This document shows positions 60,130 to 64,000 of a DNA stretch of 64,000 bases, in pieces (positions within the stretch are counted from its first letter, which is position 1; every line of letters begins with the position of its first letter). Below the pieces are notes generated by a model, which made no database searches, was not told the DNA's origin, and worked only from the letters and a program-made list of their open reading frames with translations. Made by a program: the position numbers and the translations under genes. The stretch is from Macrostomum lignano (taxonomy: Eukaryota), in assembly GCA_002269645.1 (NCBI GenBank), contig NIVC01001688.1, positions 185,836-249,835 on the forward strand, read 5' to 3'.

Positions 60130-62343
60130 TGATGTAACCGCCCTCGTCGCCTGTCCGCTCCGTAGAGAGACGAACGCATGGCTAGAGGGGCAATGACCGT
60201 AGGCTGCCTATGACCGGGCAATGACCTGACGGACCTCCAGCACCAGACTGTCCCGCCCACATGATTAGTAGCTTTGGTAGCGCTTCGTGACCAGAGGGCC
60301 AAGGACCCACATGGACCCCACCTGTAGCCAAGGTGCAATAGTTGGTCACTCGGTCATGGTATGACCGAGTGGCTGCCACCACTCTATGTGACCTGGCGCA
60401 CCTGGATCTTTCTACCAGACCTCTCGAGGCTAGAGCCCCGCCTGGATTGGTTACCAGGGGATTTAGGCTAACAGGGGAGACGCATGCAGCCGAGTACAGG
60501 GACTCTGCTTGGGGCATGATCGGGAACTCTGGGCTCAATCCTGGAGGATTTCTCAGCAGGGGATCCTTTGTGGCTGTGAGCGAGGCTGACTTGCGACTTT
60601 GATTACTAAGAGTAGTATGAGGCGAACATGTACTGTCTACAGTTTAGATTGCTCAGGGCGAAGGGACGCGTTAGCATGGGTTGCAACCTTCCTACTGCCA
60701 TTCTGTGCCAAGACTCGCTAATCCCTCTACTGCACGCACACGCGCGCCCCCAGCACGCACTCACAGGCGGGCTTTGCACGGGAGAGGCCATTAGCTTACC
60801 CAAACTTCCTTATGCTTTGCCACCCCGGGAGAAAGGCTTAGCAAGCCATGAGTGAAATGATGGTGAAAGATTGAATAATGATGAAGTTAGTTAATAGTTA
60901 ATAATTAGGCCCTTAGGCAAATAAGCAGGCAATTAGGCGGCTTCACTATTGAGTAAAATACAGCAAAAGATACGGTATCACAATTGGCTCAGCTCTCTAA
61001 TCAGACAATGGAAAATAGGCAAACCCCGGATAAGCAAAGGCAATTAGAGCCCAAATTAGTAGTAGGAACTTACCGGCAGCTGCACAGAGAGAGAGAGAGG
61101 CGGAGTGACGAGGGCGGCTGTAGGCTGCAGTCAGGCAGACGGTGAAGCGGCGATGCGCTGGAGCGACGAGGCGCTGATGTAGATCAGGCGATGCTGATGA
61201 TGCTGGGCGGTATCAGACCGCTGGCCGATAGGCGAGCTCACTTGGGAGCTAAGGATAACTTGGCGCGTAACAGACCGCGCGACCGGCAGGGATTCGTCTT
61301 ATAGACGAATGGGTCAGAACTCAATCTGACAGCAAGTCCAAAGAAGGACGAGGAGAGGAACAGAGATAAACTCAGTTGAGTATTCTCATGCCGAAATCGC
61401 TTCCTTTTATAGACCTCACAGCCGCCTCCTCAAGGTCGTTACCATGGCTCCCTCTCTCTGATTGGCTGCCGGCAGAATGACGTCAGAATGAGTCATGATG
61501 AGAAGCATGAGACCGGCATAGCAACATGAGAAATCGGGAAATTGCGCAATCCGGAGGTGGGGTGGGGATAATTGGCGCAGCGGGTGTCGCGAAAGTGTTG
61601 CGCAAGCAAACATTGAGAACAATAGGGCTGGGGTCGAGAACAAAGGAAATTTGGAAATCGGGGATAATTGGGCGAAAACTGAGAACAATGGAAAAGTAAA
61701 CATTGGAGAAAAGGTGATAATTAGGTGCGAAAACGAGAACAAAAGAAAGAGAAAATCGGAGAAAATGTGATAATTGGTGGGGGTCGAGAGAACAAAAGAA
61801 GCAAAAACGAGAACAATAGAAGCGGAGGTGGGTGGGTGTCACATGAGAAATTTGGGAAGGAGAACAATAGCGTGAGAAAAGGTTGCGCAAGAGAGGGGGA
61901 TGAGTCATCGATGAGTCACCGAGGGGGAGAAGGGGTCACACGACTTGCGTCACCGTTTGGGAGTTTGAGAGGGGATGGGGAGACGGTGAGCACACAAAGT
62001 ACTGTAAGTAGACACAGGGAAAGAGGGGACAGCGCAGGAAAGAGTGCAGAGGGAGACAAAAAAAAGGGAGGAGGTAGAGAAAGTACAGGAAGAATAGGGC
62101 GGGAACAGAAGAGATAGGGTAGAGGGGGAGGTACAGAAAGGGGTAGGGGCTCCGGAAAGGCAGGTGTGGCGGCAGGAGAGACGGGACCAAGGCAGCAGGA
62201 GGGGTGCAGCAGAGCGGGAGTCTCCAGGCCCGGTCGGAGACCTGGCCGAGTCTCGACAGCTCTGTGCAGAGGGTGCACGGGATAGGAGGCACTTTCAAAA
62301 AAGTTCCCATGCCCTATCCCGCGACCAGAGCGTGGTTACATCA
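60130..62343 (-). mobile_element. 2.2-kb LTR of the same family as 18898-21097, probably a 3' LTR
   Basis: Same TGATGTAACC/GGTTACATCA ends; minus-strand TATAAAAGG near 61405; no TSD; PPT-like aaaaggcagtgggggtg abuts it on the minus strand. Confidence 0.88.
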
Positions 62344-62947
62344 CACCCCCACTGCCTTTTGTGACGGAACTGGTTCCGTCATCATCACTGCCCAACATGG
62401 AACCACACAGACGGGAGCGGGATCTCAACCGAACGTGAAATCACAGAATTAACAAACGCGAGCGGGAATGGAAAAAGGCGATAAAATAGAGGGGATAGCA
62501 ATAAATTCACAACACGAGATACATAGGTTGGAGTGCAATACAGAATTTCAAAAATTTCAACTGTTGCTGTGGCTAAAGTGGGAGGGGGGAAACACAGACA
62601 GCGCAATAGTAGGGAGAAAAATAGCGAATTGTCAACAATAAATTATCATAATTGGATAGAAGCGCAGCTGGGAAAGAGAGGAAACGGGGAAGGGTGAGGG
62701 AAGTGGGGAAAAAGAAGGGGGGAAGGGTTGCTAGCACACAGCCAAGGGCAGAGCCTCGGGGAGAATGACGATTACACAGGGGAAAAATACTAATGCAGCG
62801 CAGTAAATTAATAAGCTAATTTCGCCGGGAGTTCAACCGCACGGAGGCCTAGCGTCCTTGAAGGCTCGGACCCCGCTTCAGCCAGTCAGAGGGCTTCGGG
62901 GCGATCGGTTGTAGGCTGGGAGGCGCCGCGCCGTGCGCTGGCCACTG

Positions 62948-64000
62948 TATAAAAGGCGCCACTGATAACGGGAGCGGCTGCCTGCAACCTACACGGAGTC
63001 GAAGTTTCCAACCAAGGCACTCAGCGCGATTTTCCAAACTATACAACTACTCGGTAAGTCCCATCACCAACCTGATTTCCTTTCGCCTATACGAAAATCT
63101 ACCCACTCGCCATGCCTTTCGTTTTAAACTGAGCCAATTGCAGTAATAATATATGGCCTTTCTTACGGTAAAAGTAGTGAGCAGCCAACACAGAGCCATT
63201 TTTAGGAATTTTTAGGATAATGACACAACAATGACTCGTATATTGGTTATTAAAGTTTAAAAATGAATATTATGGAAGAACCGAATATTAATAGGATAAT
63301 ATGAATAGAAGAGGGATTTGGGAGATTAGACTCCGGAGGATAAATGATGATGCGGCCCAACTCCTTCGATTTCTTCCTTCAACGCCACGCGCACGCAGTT
63401 CTCATCCATGCCTCCGAGACCCTCATAAACTTAACAGCCGAAAGAATTCGAAAGAGGAATTAATCATTAATTTGACTGCCACCAGTTTGATGTACTATTA
63501 TAAAAGAGAAAGGGGAACCTACCACCATCTTGGCGCATTACCAAAGAAAAGAAAAGGAGGATCAGCCACCATTTTGAGAGAGGTTGCTAGGGAAAACTGC
63601 CACCAATTGTACATTAACAGGGAAGAGAAAGAGGGAACCCGTCACCACTTAGAGTGGATTGCCCGGGGAAACTGCCACCATTTGCCCTTCTACCAGAGGA
63701 GAGGAAGACGAAAAACTGCCATCACTTAGAGGTGTATCATTAAAAGAAGGCGGGTAAGAAGGCTACCACTACTTGATCACCTAGAGCTCAAGGGGAGGAG
63801 AGGGAATGAAGAAAGGAAGAAACCCCCAGGAAGGCCACTACCACACGCCATAAAGTTAAAATCCCCATCTATCTACATCCTAATACCCGGCTAGTTCCCT
63901 ACTTCTATTTCATCCCTTAAATTCTCATTTTCAGGATTCCGGCGCTAGTAGCCGAGCCATCCTTGAAGAGGAGTCCGACTACGAAGCGCGCCGAAGACAG
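62948..64000 (+). promoter_or_regulatory. Putative Pol II promoter, short non-coding exon and intron
   Basis: TATAAAA at 62948; donor GTAAGT at 63054; branch-like CTAAT near 63880; pyrimidine tract and AG at 63933-63934; open sequence after that to the window end. Confidence 0.45.

Noticed and set aside
18898-62343. The two 2.2-kb LTRs as the ends of one 43-kb element
   Set aside because: The first LTR has its own TACT TSD on both sides, so it is a solo LTR; the copies are also visibly diverged

Overview
Eukaryotic, repeat-dense metazoan DNA. It has GT-AG introns and TTAGGG-type repeats; the style resembles a flatworm such as Macrostomum, but that assignment is inference only. The only recognisable host gene is the 5' end of NDUFS1 (two exons, minus strand, 1021-2325), whose introns are filled by minisatellites. 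The rest is a nested graveyard of mobile DNA. It holds three intron-containing Helitron RepHel remnants (one with a spliced OTU protease exon), two RPA70-like OB-fold genes and a Ty3/Gypsy element split by a tandem Helitron2/Helentron-like insertion. It also holds at least five LTRs (three solo LTRs with TSDs, one 5' LTR with an 18-nt tRNA-His PBS), RNase H-class non-LTR fragments, a P-element-like transposase remnant and many minisatellites. Four things stand out. (1) A cassette at 13631-15518 opens with a Polinton-like AGTAGTAG end and carries a tandem-PC4 gene and a compact RING-Tudor gene. (2) An AlkB domain lies upstream of a Penelope-like ORF start, bracketed by CCCTAA repeats in terminal-retroelement polarity (25440-26690). 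(3) A tandem rolling-circle-type element has the same AACTAG at every junction (44443-51360). (4) A sharply bounded CpG desert (about 3900-8233) shows CpG-to-TpG/CpA changes against an in-window paralog. All protein assignments are by-eye motif recognition; no database search was run.
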